Source: Prevotella sp. (lineage in GTDB: Bacteria > Bacteroidota > Bacteroidia > Bacteroidales > Dysgonomonadaceae). From it: 64,000 bases of DNA. Shown here piece by piece: positions 40,478 to 50,250 of this stretch. The translations under genes and the position numbers were made by a program. The notes beneath the pieces are model-generated. The model did no database searches and was not told where the DNA came from. It saw nothing but the letters and a program-made list of their open reading frames with translations. The stretch spans positions 96,001-160,000 of the forward strand of contig JAITVV010000007.1 of NCBI GenBank assembly GCA_031285625.1, given 5' to 3'. Position 1 is the stretch's first letter. Each line of letters opens with the position of its first letter.

Positions 40478-41596
40478 TCAGCTTGTAAGAACAGGCAATG
40501 TTTTTCCTGTAAGTTTTTGGATATCTTTAAGTAAAGGACGTTCATCCTGTGCACAGAAAGTAAGTGCTGTACCGGCATTTCCGGCTCTACCAGTACGCCC
40601 GATGCGATGTACATATGTTTCGGCAACATCAGGTAAATCGTAATTTACAACCAGTTCCAACTGATCTATATCAATTCCCCTGGCAGCAATATCAGTTGCA
40701 ATAAGTACACGGGTCTTGTGAGATTTGAAATTTGTGAGTGCCCGTTGTCGTGCATTTTGTGACTTATTTCCATGTATCGCTTCACTGCCTATTCCTGCTT
40801 TGCAAAGAATACGCGCGATTTTATCAGCACCATGTTTAGTCCGTGAAAAAACCAACGCCGACTTTTTCTTATCTTTTTTCAGCAGATCTATCAGTAAATC
40901 TTTCTTTTCCGGTTTTTCAACATAATAAAGATATTGTTGTATGGTATCGACTACCGACGAAACCGGAGATACCTCTACTCTTGCCGGATTGCGCAAAATA
41001 GAACGCGAAAGTGCAGCTATAGTTGATGGCATAGTTGCAGAAAAGAGCAATGTTTGCTTTTCGCGGGGTAGCTTTGGCAACAAACGTTTTATATCGTGGA
41101 TAAAACCCATATCGAGCATGCGGTCGGCCTCATCAAGTACAAAATGGCGAATCGAATTCAGATTTATAAAACCCTGATTCATCAAGTCGAGCAATCGTCC
41201 AGGTGTGGCAACTAATATATCAATCCCTTTCTTTAGCTCATTGGTTTGTGCATTCTGCTTCACACCACCATAGATAACACAATGGCGCAGTCCTGTATAT
41301 TTAGTATAATCGTTGAGACATTCATTGATCTGGATTGCCAACTCTCTTGTCGGCGTCAATATCAATGCCTTTATTTCCCTGTTCTTGCCACTTACTTTAT
41401 TCAGATATAGTTGTTGTATGATTGGGAGCGAAAAAGCAGCTGTTTTACCAGTTCCTGTTTGTGCTAACCCTAGCATATCGCGATTATTCAGAACTACAGG
41501 AATAGCATCTTCCTGTATAGGTGTCGGATTTATATATCCTTTTTCTTCCAGAGCTCTTAAAATTGGCTCTATAATATTTAATTCTTTAAATGTCAT
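40478..41596 (-). CDS. DEAD-box RNA helicase (RhlE-like, core only)
   Basis: PTPIQ, AQTGTGKT, PTRELA, TPGRLLD, DEAD, SAT, ARGID, HRIGRTGRAG. Confidence 0.95.
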   Translation of the reverse strand: MTFKELNIIEPILRALEEKGYINPTPIQEDAIPVVLNNRDMLGLAQTGTGKTAAFSLPIIQQLYLNKVSGKNREIKALILTPTRELAIQINECLNDYTKYTGLRHCVIYGGVKQNAQTNELKKGIDILVATPGRLLDLMNQGFINLNSIRHFVLDEADRMLDMGFIHDIKRLLPKLPREKQTLLFSATMPSTIAALSRSILRNPARVEVSPVSSVVDTIQQYLYYVEKPEKKDLLIDLLKKDKKKSALVFSRTKHGADKIARILCKAGIGSEAIHGNKSQNARQRALTNFKSHKTRVLIATDIAARGIDIDQLELVVNYDLPDVAETYVHRIGRTGRAGNAGTALTFCAQDERPLLKDIQKLTGKTLPVLTS

Positions 41597-41996
41597 GTAA
41601 TAATCAACAGATTACTTCGTCAGTAATCCCTTTAGTTTATGAATGTTACGAATTATAGACTCAACAAGGAGCCTTATAATTCTAATAATTGAAACAATGG
41701 AGCTAAGGAAGGTCGTTTTCAACGATGAGAAGACTTAATACTTAAGCATTAAGAGCATTGCACTGAAGATAAAGAACAAAATGAACTCTTTGTTTATCTG
41801 GCAAAGATAGGTATAAAATACGAAACGGTCATTGTTTCAGTTAATTATTCGCCATAATGTATTAAGATTAGATAATAAAATTGTCTTATTATAAAAGAGA
41901 TCTTTAAGTATTGAAAAGAAAAAAGTAACAAATAAAAACAGGTAAAAATGTGTCACCTTTGTCACCTTTTCGTTTTTCGAATTACGTATAAACTAT

Positions 41997-42080
41997 GTTG
42001 TCATGCTGACGACAGGAAGCATCCCGAGCCATTTATCAAGGAAAAAAGAAAAGAGATCCTTCGTTCCTCAGGATGATAAC
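41997..42080. repeat. GTCAT...ATGAC-type palindromic REP-like element
   Basis: GTTGTCATGCTGA...GAAGCATC...GAGATCCTTCG..CCTCAGGATGATAAC, similar to the inner part of the element at 31879-31979. Confidence 0.65.
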
Positions 42081-42200
42081 TATGAAGTAAATTACTTTAT
42101 CAAAGATGAAATATCTTGTATACTTTGTCACCTTTTTGAATTTATTTAATAAAAGCTTAAAGAAAATAAGAAAAATATATGTTAATTAATTTACTTTTTT

Positions 42201-42234
42201 TACATTTGAACACGATTCCATAAAAAAGTAACAC
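42201..42234 (+). promoter_or_regulatory. nikR promoter -7 element overlapped by a candidate NikR operator
   Basis: TACATTTG (42201-42208) overlapping TGAACA-N16-TAACAC (42207-42234). Confidence 0.6.
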
Positions 42235-42235
42235 T

Positions 42236-42652
42236 ATGGCAGTATCCAGATTTGGTGTATCACTAGAGAATGACTTACTTGAGGCATTGGATAGCTATGT
42301 ATTGGAGAATAATTTTCCAAACCGCTCACAGGCCATAAGACAACTTATAGAGCGGAACATAGTAGAGAAAAAATGGCAATGCAATAATATTGTTGCCGGA
42401 GCTATTATTCTGGTATATGACCACCACAAGCGGGATCTGATAAATAAGCTCACAAGCATACAGCATGATTATTATAAGGAGATACTTGCCGTACAACACT
42501 TTCATATTTCTGAATCCGTCTGCCTGGACATTATTGCTATCAAAGGACAATCTCATCGTCTTACAGAATTATCGGATAAGCTAATTGCTCAGAAAGGAGT
42601 ACGACATGGAAAACTGGTAATGACTAAAACAGACGACCAATATAAAGACTAA
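42236..42652 (+). CDS. nikR: Nickel-responsive regulator NikR
   Basis: RHH RFGVSL...NRSQAIRQLI and ACT-like domain with YDHH, QHD, HFH and C ligands. Confidence 0.95.
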   Translation: MAVSRFGVSLENDLLEALDSYVLENNFPNRSQAIRQLIERNIVEKKWQCNNIVAGAIILVYDHHKRDLINKLTSIQHDYYKEILAVQHFHISESVCLDIIAIKGQSHRLTELSDKLIAQKGVRHGKLVMTKTDDQYKD

Positions 42653-42668
42653 TTTTTTTAATCAGATA

Positions 42669-42696
42669 GTAACACGATTTCATTCAATAATAACAC
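42669..42696 (+). promoter_or_regulatory. Candidate NikR operator
   Basis: GTAACA-N16-TAACAC, 21/28 identical to 42207-42234, 9 nt before the receptor ATG. Confidence 0.65.
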
Positions 42697-42705
42697 CTTT
42701 TATTT

Positions 42706-44595
42706 ATGTATAGAAAGCTATTACTTCTTATCTTCATCGGATTAACATATACTCTAACCGGGTATGCCCAAAAAGACACTATCAACCTGAATGATGTGGT
42801 GGTAACCGGTACACGGGCACAAATAAACCGCAACAATGTACCTATGACTATTTCTGTAGTTGACAGAGCCGAAATAGAAGAAAGTAGCGAATCGGCACTC
42901 TTACCGGTCTTATCAGAACGGATTCCGGGAATGTTTGTCACCGAGCGTGGCATAACAGGCTTTGGAGTATCCTCGGGTGGGTCGGGAGGAATCACTATGC
43001 GCGGAATAGGCGGATCACCGACAACGGAGGTTCTAATACTTATCGATGGACATCCTCAATATATGGGATTGATGGGACATCATCTTCCGGACGCATATGT
43101 AGCTTCCGATGTAGAAAAGGTTGAAGTAGTAAGAGGCCCGGCATCAATATTATATGGAAGTAACGCTATGGGAGGTGCCATTAATATAATCACCCGAAAG
43201 CAGAATAAGGATGGGTGGAGTGCAAACGGACGGCTAATGTATGGTTCGCACAACACCCAGAAATATATGGCAAATGCAGGAATAAAGAAAGGGAAATATG
43301 ATGGCTTTGTATCAATAAATCATGACAGAACAGACGGACACCGTAAAAATTCTGACTTTCACATTACAAATGCATATGCAAGATCGGGATACAATATTTC
43401 TAATAATATAAGAGTATGGGGAGATGTGAGTGTTGCCGCTTATAAAGCACAAAATCCGGGAACGGAAGATGCACCAATGCTTGATAATATTGCTGATATC
43501 GTTCGTGGTGTTGCATCTTCTACACTGGAGAATAATTACGAAAATACAGATGGAGCGCTGAAGCTATTTTACAACTTTGGGAATCATAAAATCAATGACG
43601 GATATGCAACAGGGAAAGATCCTAAGAATTACCGCTTCCGTTCAAATGATAACAATTTCGGGGCTATGCTATATCAGAATTTCAGAGCTTTCCAGGGGAA
43701 TATAATCACTGCCGGAGTAGACTTTAAAAGTTTTGGCGGGCATGCATGGAACAGATATGAGGATGGTACTCCTGATGCAAATATTGTAGATACTACAGTA
43801 TATGAAATAGCGACATATGTTATCATGCAACAAACCTTGTTTGAAAAACTAACCCTGAATGGCGGGGTACGGCTAGAATATAACAGAGAATCCGGTAACG
43901 AATGGATACCCCAGATCGGTTTTGCATATCGTCCTTGGGAAAGTACTGTGATCAAAGGCTCGGTAGCAAAAGGTTTCCGCAGTCCTACAATCAGGGAATT
44001 ATTTATGTGGGGAGCAGCCAATCCTGACCTGAAACCCGAACGAATGGTGAATTATGAAATATCTGTAGGACAGAAGTTCCTAAATGGGCGCTTATATGCT
44101 GAGCTTACCGGCTTTATTGCTGATGGAAGTAACCTGATAAAAACAGAGCCTATAAAAAATGATGATGGAACAACCAAAATGGTGAACATGAATACAGGAG
44201 ATTTTCTAAACCGTGGTATTGAATTCAGCATAAAATGGAATGCTATAAGGAATCTGCATTTACATGCCAATTATTCGTTTCTGGATATGGATAAGCCTGT
44301 TATATATGCACCTAAGCAACAAATATTTGTCTCAGCCAGCTATCGCCTGCAAAAATGGAACATAAGTGCAAGCTATCAATATATAGATGAGATGTACTCT
44401 GTAACCGGAGACAATGCTGTAAAAGAAAACTATGGCTTAGTAAATGCTAAAGTATCATTCCGTCCGACAAAGCAACTTGAGCTGTTTGCTAAGGGAGAGA
44501 ATCTTACTGATAAGAAATATGAGATCATGCGTGGATATCCTATGCCAGGAACAACCATATTGGGAGGTGTAAATATATCTTTGGGCAATATATAA
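42706..44595 (+). CDS. TonB-dependent receptor (BtuB/metal type), putative nickel uptake
   Basis: TonB box VVVTGTR, plug VEVVRGPASILYGSNAMGGAINIIT, MGLMGHH potential metal ligands, LKPER; cotranscribed with nikR. Confidence 0.9.
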   Translation: MYRKLLLLIFIGLTYTLTGYAQKDTINLNDVVVTGTRAQINRNNVPMTISVVDRAEIEESSESALLPVLSERIPGMFVTERGITGFGVSSGGSGGITMRGIGGSPTTEVLILIDGHPQYMGLMGHHLPDAYVASDVEKVEVVRGPASILYGSNAMGGAINIITRKQNKDGWSANGRLMYGSHNTQKYMANAGIKKGKYDGFVSINHDRTDGHRKNSDFHITNAYARSGYNISNNIRVWGDVSVAAYKAQNPGTEDAPMLDNIADIVRGVASSTLENNYENTDGALKLFYNFGNHKINDGYATGKDPKNYRFRSNDNNFGAMLYQNFRAFQGNIITAGVDFKSFGGHAWNRYEDGTPDANIVDTTVYEIATYVIMQQTLFEKLTLNGGVRLEYNRESGNEWIPQIGFAYRPWESTVIKGSVAKGFRSPTIRELFMWGAANPDLKPERMVNYEISVGQKFLNGRLYAELTGFIADGSNLIKTEPIKNDDGTTKMVNMNTGDFLNRGIEFSIKWNAIRNLHLHANYSFLDMDKPVIYAPKQQIFVSASYRLQKWNISASYQYIDEMYSVTGDNAVKENYGLVNAKVSFRPTKQLELFAKGENLTDKKYEIMRGYPMPGTTILGGVNISLGNI

Positions 44596-44613
44596 TAGAA
44601 ATAGGTATTAGTT

Positions 44614-45183
44614 TCATTTATTCCGAAACCACTTCTTTTTCAGAAAAGGGCACGCTGTTGAATCGCGTTTTGACTTCAATGGATAAAAGTCAGCCTTTTT
44701 ACTACATGGATTCTCTTTAAAAGAAGGATAGTTCTCCATATAACCAAGGTTTGTATATTCTGGTTGAATATAATCACTGATATTTACAATATTCCCGTCT
44801 GGTAATATCTTATAATCCCGAAAAATAACACACTTATTCCCTTCTTCGCGGATTACCTGCGTTTTTATCAAATCGCCCTCTACTTTGTATGTTCCCCAAA
44901 GAGGATACTTACAAATATCGGATTGTCCTCCATTTTCAAAGCAATCGACAAGTTCAGGTAAGATCTCGCTAGTAGTAGCTATTGTAAATAAACCGTTAGT
45001 GTAAAACATATACATAGAATAGAATGTAGTATCGCATTTGTACTGTGAAACATAGTATCCATTTATATCAATTAATTTATCTAATCCTGTATCCTTATTT
45101 TCGTGGCGGTATGTAAAGTTTTTAGGACCTCCACAATTATAGAATAGCAATGCTAAAAATATAGCTAAATATATCTTCCTCAT
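44614..45183 (-). CDS. Hypothetical lipoprotein, candidate immunity protein
   Basis: MRKIYLAIFLALLFYNCGG lipoprotein signal, starting 1 nt after the upstream stop; several Cys. Confidence 0.65.
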   Translation of the reverse strand: MRKIYLAIFLALLFYNCGGPKNFTYRHENKDTGLDKLIDINGYYVSQYKCDTTFYSMYMFYTNGLFTIATTSEILPELVDCFENGGQSDICKYPLWGTYKVEGDLIKTQVIREEGNKCVIFRDYKILPDGNIVNISDYIQPEYTNLGYMENYPSFKENPCSKKADFYPLKSKRDSTACPFLKKKWFRNK

Positions 45184-45184
45184 T

Positions 45185-46018
45185 TTAATATAGAGTATAT
45201 GGCTTGTCCACACCAATTTGCAGAAATTGATTTTTGTAATCACCCGATCTAAAATCCGGAGTATTAAACAGACTCCTGTGCCACCCATTTTGACCGGCAA
45301 CCCCTCCTACCCGGTTATTTATACCATAACGCAAGATCATACCATTGGTTGCATATCCTACATATACTGGGCTTGAGATTTGTTTTCCATCGCAATAAAC
45401 ACCTTTACTATTATTTAATGAAGCATCAGTAACTCCGTTAATATCTGTAGTATATACATTAGTACCTATCATAAATCCTTTGAAACGTACTTCCAATGCT
45501 GCAGTACGGTAACGGTCATATACTTTAAATCCGGTAAAAGGATAGGCTAGTATATCATCCTCAAAATTAATTCTAAAGTCATTCAGATGAAGGCTAACAA
45601 TACCTGATACCTGCTTATCACCCTGATAATATTTATTTACATAATATGATCCTCCATATTTGCCATCATCAAATTCTACCCCGGCAAACGATGTTCCCAA
45701 ACCAAATTTCTGATAAGCCTTATAAGCATCCATGCCTGTAAGAAGAGTCCAGTTGTCAATGGTTTGTGAAAGAGTAATACCTGCCCCCACGCGAAAACCG
45801 TTACGATCAGAAGCACCGGTAGTAAATAGTGCTACAAGTGAAATTGATACCCGAAAACCGTTATTTTTTTCTAGCCCGAATGTCAAAGTAGTAAGGTAGT
45901 CGTTATCGTAACGGAATTTATATTGTGAGTATGATTGTTGTGAGTATGATAAGAATAAAAACAAAATGATACATATAATATTATACTTATGGTTCTTTAT
46001 CCTTTTTTGTAATTTCAT
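45185..46018 (-). CDS. Secreted protein with a putative polymorphic toxin Ntox23-like domain
   Basis: Signal peptide, beta-rich, FEDD...DRYRTAA (ND/DxxR-like) and QNGWH motifs. Confidence 0.6.
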   Translation of the reverse strand: MKLQKRIKNHKYNIICIILFLFLSYSQQSYSQYKFRYDNDYLTTLTFGLEKNNGFRVSISLVALFTTGASDRNGFRVGAGITLSQTIDNWTLLTGMDAYKAYQKFGLGTSFAGVEFDDGKYGGSYYVNKYYQGDKQVSGIVSLHLNDFRINFEDDILAYPFTGFKVYDRYRTAALEVRFKGFMIGTNVYTTDINGVTDASLNNSKGVYCDGKQISSPVYVGYATNGMILRYGINNRVGGVAGQNGWHRSLFNTPDFRSGDYKNQFLQIGVDKPYTLY

Positions 46019-46189
46019 TCCTGTTTGCTCATGCAGATTTTCTCCAAAAGTATTAAACTATTTCGGTTTTTTATCTTATAGAAAGAATTTTCGTTATTTA
46101 TTATGGATTTTAGATCTTATATAACTCTAAGTATAAAGCATAATTGATATATTTACATACTAAAACTATTTACTAAACAATACAAAACT

Positions 46190-46684
46190 ATGAAGAAGAT
46201 CAGCCTAGTCATTTTATGTGTTCTAATGATAACATGTACACCTGACAGAAAAAAGGATAATACAGGGAAAGAAACTCCGGAAAAGGAAATAATCAGAGAA
46301 AACATTAAGGAAGAAGTTGATATACCTGAAACAGAAAAAGAAGTAATAACAGATAATATATCTAATGGTGAAAAACCTCTTGTAACTGTAGAACAAATGC
46401 CTTCTTTTAAGGGAGGAGAAGCCGAAATGTTTAAATTTATTTCTAACAACATGAAATATCCTGCCAGTGCTAAAGAGAACGGTATACAAGGTCGTGTTAC
46501 AGTTCGTTTTGTAATTACTTCTGCAGGAAAAATCACAGATGTACAAATAATCAGAGGCATTGATCCGGCATGTGATAAAGAAGCTATACGCATAGTAAAA
46601 AGTATGCCTGATTGGGAACCGGGTAAACAAAATGGTAAAGCAGTATCAGTATATTATACGCTGCCTATCAAATTTAGCTTGTAA
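46190..46684 (+). CDS. TonB C-terminal domain protein
   Basis: VEQMPSFKGG...YPASAKENGIQGRVTVRFVI...PGKQNGKAVSVYYTLPIKF; N-terminal anchor with a possible lipobox. Confidence 0.92.
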   Translation: MKKISLVILCVLMITCTPDRKKDNTGKETPEKEIIRENIKEEVDIPETEKEVITDNISNGEKPLVTVEQMPSFKGGEAEMFKFISNNMKYPASAKENGIQGRVTVRFVITSAGKITDVQIIRGIDPACDKEAIRIVKSMPDWEPGKQNGKAVSVYYTLPIKFSL

Positions 46685-46708
46685 TCACAGGATAAAGCAT
46701 TGTCCTAT

Positions 46709-47569
46709 ATGAAAAAAATGAATCTACTCTTTTCATGGATACTTCTCTCATGCTGCATGTTTGCTCAGACAGAGAGGAATATTATCGGGACATGGAAGTT
46801 TCTCAAAATTGATGCTATTGTAGAAACGAACTCTAGAGAAGCCACAGATAAGATCGTTGAAGATATTAGATCTCAACTAGAGTCAGATAGTATATATATA
46901 GAATTTACCACAAATGGTGAATGGATAACTATAGGAGAAGGTGTTCAAGGTATTGGCACCTATTCTGTTAATCAGAATAGGCTGACTGATCTGGAGACAA
47001 ATATATCAATGGACTACAGAGTGAATAAAGACACACTGATTTTAGATGTTGATTTCAATAAACTCGATACCTATGACACACATAAGTTAACAAACATGGA
47101 TATAACCCCCGAATCTATAATTATAGATAAGATCCTGGCTGAAACATATTTTTTAAGAGTTGATCAATCTTCGAATAGAATGAGTGAATTACCTGATAAT
47201 TTAACAGGAGTGTATACTCCATCAGGAGAAGATTCGCAAACCTGCCAGATAGAACTCATATCAAAAAACAGTAATAATATATACCAATACGTCCTAAAAG
47301 AAGACACAAAACAGACCCAGGGTACTATATCTTTTTATGGAGACTATGATATAGACAGAGAACTTACTATAGAACTTGAAGGATATAAATGGGAATCAGT
47401 AGGTGACATTAGTGATGAAAACGAGGCATGGCCCGTCTCTGAAACAAGAATAGGACTTGAAGGCACCTTAAAAGATGGTGAAATCACATTTATGAATTAT
47501 AGAAACACAATGGACTACTATATCAAGTTTAGTTGTCCGCAAAAGTTTGTAATATTAGAGAAGAAATAA
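46709..47569 (+). CDS. Secreted hypothetical protein with an N-terminal lipocalin-like domain
   Basis: Signal peptide, then IIGTWK...IEFTTNG...GTYSV; acidic second domain. Confidence 0.6.
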   Translation: MKKMNLLFSWILLSCCMFAQTERNIIGTWKFLKIDAIVETNSREATDKIVEDIRSQLESDSIYIEFTTNGEWITIGEGVQGIGTYSVNQNRLTDLETNISMDYRVNKDTLILDVDFNKLDTYDTHKLTNMDITPESIIIDKILAETYFLRVDQSSNRMSELPDNLTGVYTPSGEDSQTCQIELISKNSNNIYQYVLKEDTKQTQGTISFYGDYDIDRELTIELEGYKWESVGDISDENEAWPVSETRIGLEGTLKDGEITFMNYRNTMDYYIKFSCPQKFVILEKK

Positions 47570-47590
47570 AAGAGACTATTTAGTCTCTTT
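47569..47590. terminator. Bidirectional terminator between convergent genes
   Basis: AAAGAGACTA-TT-TAGTCTCTTT palindrome. Confidence 0.6.
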
Positions 47591-47604
47591 CCTTTACTCA
47601 TTAG

Positions 47605-47760
47605 TTAACCTCTATCCCTTGTATTTTCATCGGGATTCAAAATATCATTTTCTCTTTCGACCTCACGATCAGAAACTGTTCGCGGGTTTTTCTCATCGCT
47701 TTTATCTTCTGTCACTTTTTGAAAAGCGTTTTCCTCAGCTTTATTTTCCTCTTTGCACAT
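47605..47760 (-). CDS. Small acidic protein (51 aa), below the ORF-track cutoff
   Basis: MCKEENKAEENAFQKVTEDKSDEKNPRTVSDREVERENDILNPDENTRDRG*, with an AT-rich leader and a terminator 15 nt after the stop. Confidence 0.65.
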   Translation of the reverse strand: MCKEENKAEENAFQKVTEDKSDEKNPRTVSDREVERENDILNPDENTRDRG

Positions 47761-48090
47761 AATAAATAATAGATTAATTCATATTTTGTAAACATAAAAA
47801 GTCATGATAAAGTTTATTGAAAGCCTGTATACAGGCTAATTTAATAAAAAGTGTAGCATAAAAAAGTCATATTTCACCAAAGATATATTAAGCTTAAAAA
47901 TCTCATAATCAAAAGGATCCTATTCTCCTATCGAAAGAAAAAGTCATCACCCCCTAAAAACAAGATTTATTTTATATTATAATTTATATTTTTGGAATGT
48001 TAACCTTAAGTCTATTAGAAAGAATAAGATTTTGATAATAAGAGGTAGTAGTGTTTGTGTACATTTTGTTCGAATTAGATTAGATTAAGA

Positions 48091-48116
48091 AAAGGGCTGG
48101 TGACAGTCCTTTTTTT
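48091..48116 (+). terminator. Orphan intrinsic terminator (possible sRNA 3' end)
   Basis: AAAGGGCTG-GTGA-CAGTCCTTT plus a T run, with no + strand gene immediately upstream. Confidence 0.7.
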
Positions 48117-48180
48117 GATTTGCACTATATGTGATTAGATCCGTAAAACATTCCTATATTTGTAAAAACATTACAAATAA

Positions 48181-48675
48181 ATGGCGTTAGACATAATACT
48201 AATTATAATAGGGATTATACTTATTGTTTTGGGGATTGTTGGCTGCATAGCTCCGGGACTTCCAGGCGTACCACTCAACTATCTTGCAATTATAGTATTA
48301 CAATTTACATCTAAAATTAATTTTTCTACTGAGTTTCTTATTCTTTGGGCTATTGCTGTTATTATAGTCCAATTACTGGACTATTACATTCCGGTATGGG
48401 GCACTAAAAAACTTGGCGGAGGTTCCTATGGAGCCTGGGGTTGCGCTATAGGTATCATCCTTGGACTGTTTGTATTTCCTCCATGGGGATTCATTTTCAT
48501 GCCTTTTGTTTGTGCTGTAATAGGTGAGCTATTAGACAATAAGGAGTTTAAAGTCGCATTAAAAGCTGGTTTTGGCGCATTTATCGGATTCCTGGCCGGA
48601 ACTCTCATGAAACTTATAGTTGCAATCATATTATCCTTCTACTTCTTCAGGGAAGTATTCAGATATTTCATTTAG
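48181..48675 (+). CDS. DUF456 family membrane protein
   Basis: GIVGCIAPGLPG, DY...WGTKKLGGG..GAWG, F..A.IGEL, A.GAFIG; TATATTTG upstream. Confidence 0.88.
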   Translation: MALDIILIIIGIILIVLGIVGCIAPGLPGVPLNYLAIIVLQFTSKINFSTEFLILWAIAVIIVQLLDYYIPVWGTKKLGGGSYGAWGCAIGIILGLFVFPPWGFIFMPFVCAVIGELLDNKEFKVALKAGFGAFIGFLAGTLMKLIVAIILSFYFFREVFRYFI

Positions 48676-48718
48676 CAGATAAGCTATTTGGCTGAACCTA
48701 TAAATATTTAATGTCCTA

Positions 48719-50248
48719 TTAACTGTTAACTGCTATATCTTTTTCATAATAGCCTATCAGCACAGGCTTGAAAAGTGTGTTTATATCCAGTTTGTCCATA
48801 TCTGCTTTTTCATCATTTGCAAAAAGGAATAGAGACGGGTAATTGCTTTGATTCAGATATTGGTAAGCAATATTGGAAGGCAATTTCAGGTTATCAGGAA
48901 CTATGTAACGTTCCGAAGCCATATTAAAACCCCAGTCGCCGAATGACGGTACATTCACATGGTAAGGCACTACACAGGAAAATTCCTCTTTTAATGTCTT
49001 GTTGATACACCAAAAGGCATTTTTCGTATAATAAGGACTGTTGGACTGTGTGACCATAACCCCGCCCGGCATCAGATTATTCTTTATCAGACGGTAAAAA
49101 GCTGTGGTATACAGTTTATTTAAGGCATCATTATTGGGGTCGGGCAAATCGATAATGATAACATCATACAATTTTTGAGGATGCTGCAGATATGTAAAAG
49201 CGTCCTCTATAATTATACTCACTTTAGGATTAAAAAAAGCGCTATCGTTTAACCGGCATATTTCCGTATATTCTTTTGCTAATGAAACTACTGCATCGTC
49301 CAGATCCACCAGTGTAATGGTTTCTACACCGGGATATTTCAGTAGTTGTTTTGCTGCAAGCCCGTCCCCAGCTCCCAGCAATAAAATATCTTTCGCATGT
49401 GGACATGCCGCCATCGGAACATGCACTAACGGTTCGTAGTAACGGTATTCGTCCGCAGACGAAAATTGAATATTTCCATCGAGGAAAAGGCGTAAATCAT
49501 TTTTATGTTTAGTAAGGACTATTTTCTGGTAAAGGCTTTGCTTAGTATATACAATCCGGTCGCGGTACAACCCTTCTTCAAGATTATAAGTTATGTAGTC
49601 TCCACTAATAGTAAACCCAAGGATAGTAACAAAACAGACAACCAGCGTACCCTGAAAGAACTTACTGTACCGGAGATACTCCCTATAGCGCACAACAATG
49701 ATAGTGGCAGCAATCAGATTGATAAGGCCCACAACAAAACTTGTGGTTACATATCCCAGTTGAGGCAGAAGCAGTAAAGGGAAAGCGATAGAACCTATCA
49801 GCCCGCCAATATAATCGAATGTGAAAAGATTGGCAATATTGGATTTTATATTTTGCTTGTGTTCCTCAATGATACGCACCAACATTGGGATTTCGATACC
49901 GACAAGCATACCAATGGATAAGGTAAGCAGATACATCACTAAAGGGTAAATACTGGTATATATATGGCAGACAAACAGCAATATACTAGAAAAACTACCC
50001 AGCAGACCGACTGTAATCTCTACCAGAGTGAAAGCATCGAACAGATTGCGGCTCACATATTTTGACACATACGAACCCACACCCATAGCAAACAGATAGA
50101 GCCCTATAGTAATAGAGAACTGGGTAATGCTGTTTCCCAACAAATAAGAACTCAGACTGCCTATAATCAACTCGTAGACAATCGAGCAGATAGAAATCAG
50201 AAGTGTAGTAAACAGAAGCGGGACCGCATTGAATTGCTTTTGTCCCAT
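48719..50248 (-). CDS. speE: Membrane-bound polyamine aminopropyltransferase (spermidine synthase with N-terminal TM domain)
   Basis: About 7 TM segments (CSIVYEL, DYIG), then QFSSADEYRYYE, LLGAGDG, VDLD, IIDLPDP, VPSFGDWGF. Confidence 0.9.
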   Translation of the reverse strand: MGQKQFNAVPLLFTTLLISICSIVYELIIGSLSSYLLGNSITQFSITIGLYLFAMGVGSYVSKYVSRNLFDAFTLVEITVGLLGSFSSILLFVCHIYTSIYPLVMYLLTLSIGMLVGIEIPMLVRIIEEHKQNIKSNIANLFTFDYIGGLIGSIAFPLLLLPQLGYVTTSFVVGLINLIAATIIVVRYREYLRYSKFFQGTLVVCFVTILGFTISGDYITYNLEEGLYRDRIVYTKQSLYQKIVLTKHKNDLRLFLDGNIQFSSADEYRYYEPLVHVPMAACPHAKDILLLGAGDGLAAKQLLKYPGVETITLVDLDDAVVSLAKEYTEICRLNDSAFFNPKVSIIIEDAFTYLQHPQKLYDVIIIDLPDPNNDALNKLYTTAFYRLIKNNLMPGGVMVTQSNSPYYTKNAFWCINKTLKEEFSCVVPYHVNVPSFGDWGFNMASERYIVPDNLKLPSNIAYQYLNQSNYPSLFLFANDEKADMDKLDINTLFKPVLIGYYEKDIAVNS

Positions 50249-50250
50249 CT

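Noticed and set aside
44614-45300. ORF-track extended starts (also 2646-3230, 13446-14648, 39111-40208, 50461-50763)
   Set aside because: The extensions overlap neighbouring genes or promoters. Downstream ATGs give proper signal peptides or domain starts.
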